Shown piece after piece: positions 63,701-64,000 of a stretch of DNA of 64,000 nucleotides; position 1 is the first letter of the stretch; the number at the start of each line of letters is the position of its first letter. Position numbers and translations under genes: made by a program. Source of the stretch: Eutreptiella sp. 'Long Island Sound 2002' (taxonomy: Eukaryota > Protista > Euglenida); the NCBI GenBank assembly GCA_964036045.1, contig OZ038378.1:56048001-56112000 (forward strand). Reading direction: 5' to 3'. Below the pieces are notes generated by a model. That model searched no databases, had not been told where the DNA came from, and saw nothing but the letters and a program-made list of their open reading frames with translations.

Positions 63701-64000
63701 CCAGGACCTCCAATGCCGCAATCACTTGGGGGCGATTAACTTTGCGCCACTAACGTGCAGCTTTTCAACCCCAACAGCGGATCCCAAAAACACCCCACCC
63801 AACCGGGAACTTTTTCAACTTTGGGTGTTTTTTTTTTCAACCGCGACACTTGTCCCCCCCCCTACTGGGTTGAAATTTCGCCTGCTGGGGTGAATTTTTC
63901 CTCACCCCCCCCCCCGTGGGCAAAGCATGAAATTTTGGAGAGGATTCTCCACTTGCGGGCAAAGAAATACATATGGTCAATCCACACATGTGACCACAGT

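Overview
Eukaryotic, transposon-dense repeat DNA. I recognised no housekeeping gene, rRNA or CRISPR array. The host is probably a euglenozoan such as a euglenid. This is inferred from polypyrimidine-AG acceptors directly before ATGs, the gag-YR gene order and a 2A-like LINE. Almost every coding relic is a pseudogene, with stops mostly at CAG/CAA/CGA-derived positions plus frameshifts. Main contents: (1) a gag-like + tyrosine-recombinase (VIPER/DIRS-type) relic at 0.2-2.3 kb; (2) at least four divergent RAG1/Transib/Chapaev-like DDE transposase relics (2.7-4.4 kb +, 49.6-51.5 kb -, 54.2-56.0 kb +, 60.0-63.7 kb -), two of which share a spliceosomal intron at the same codon; (3) a piggyBac-like element with short TIRs and an ATAT target duplication, nested in an unclassified Academ-like DDE transposase gene (40-46.6 kb); (4) a LINE 5' relic with a 2A-like motif and the start of an APE endonuclease; (5) foldback/TIR non-autonomous elements, a TIR element carrying a tRNA-like sequence, minisatellites (71, 72 and 83 bp) and a 577-bp tandem duplication. 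Family assignments come from motifs I read by eye, including through stop codons. No database search was run.
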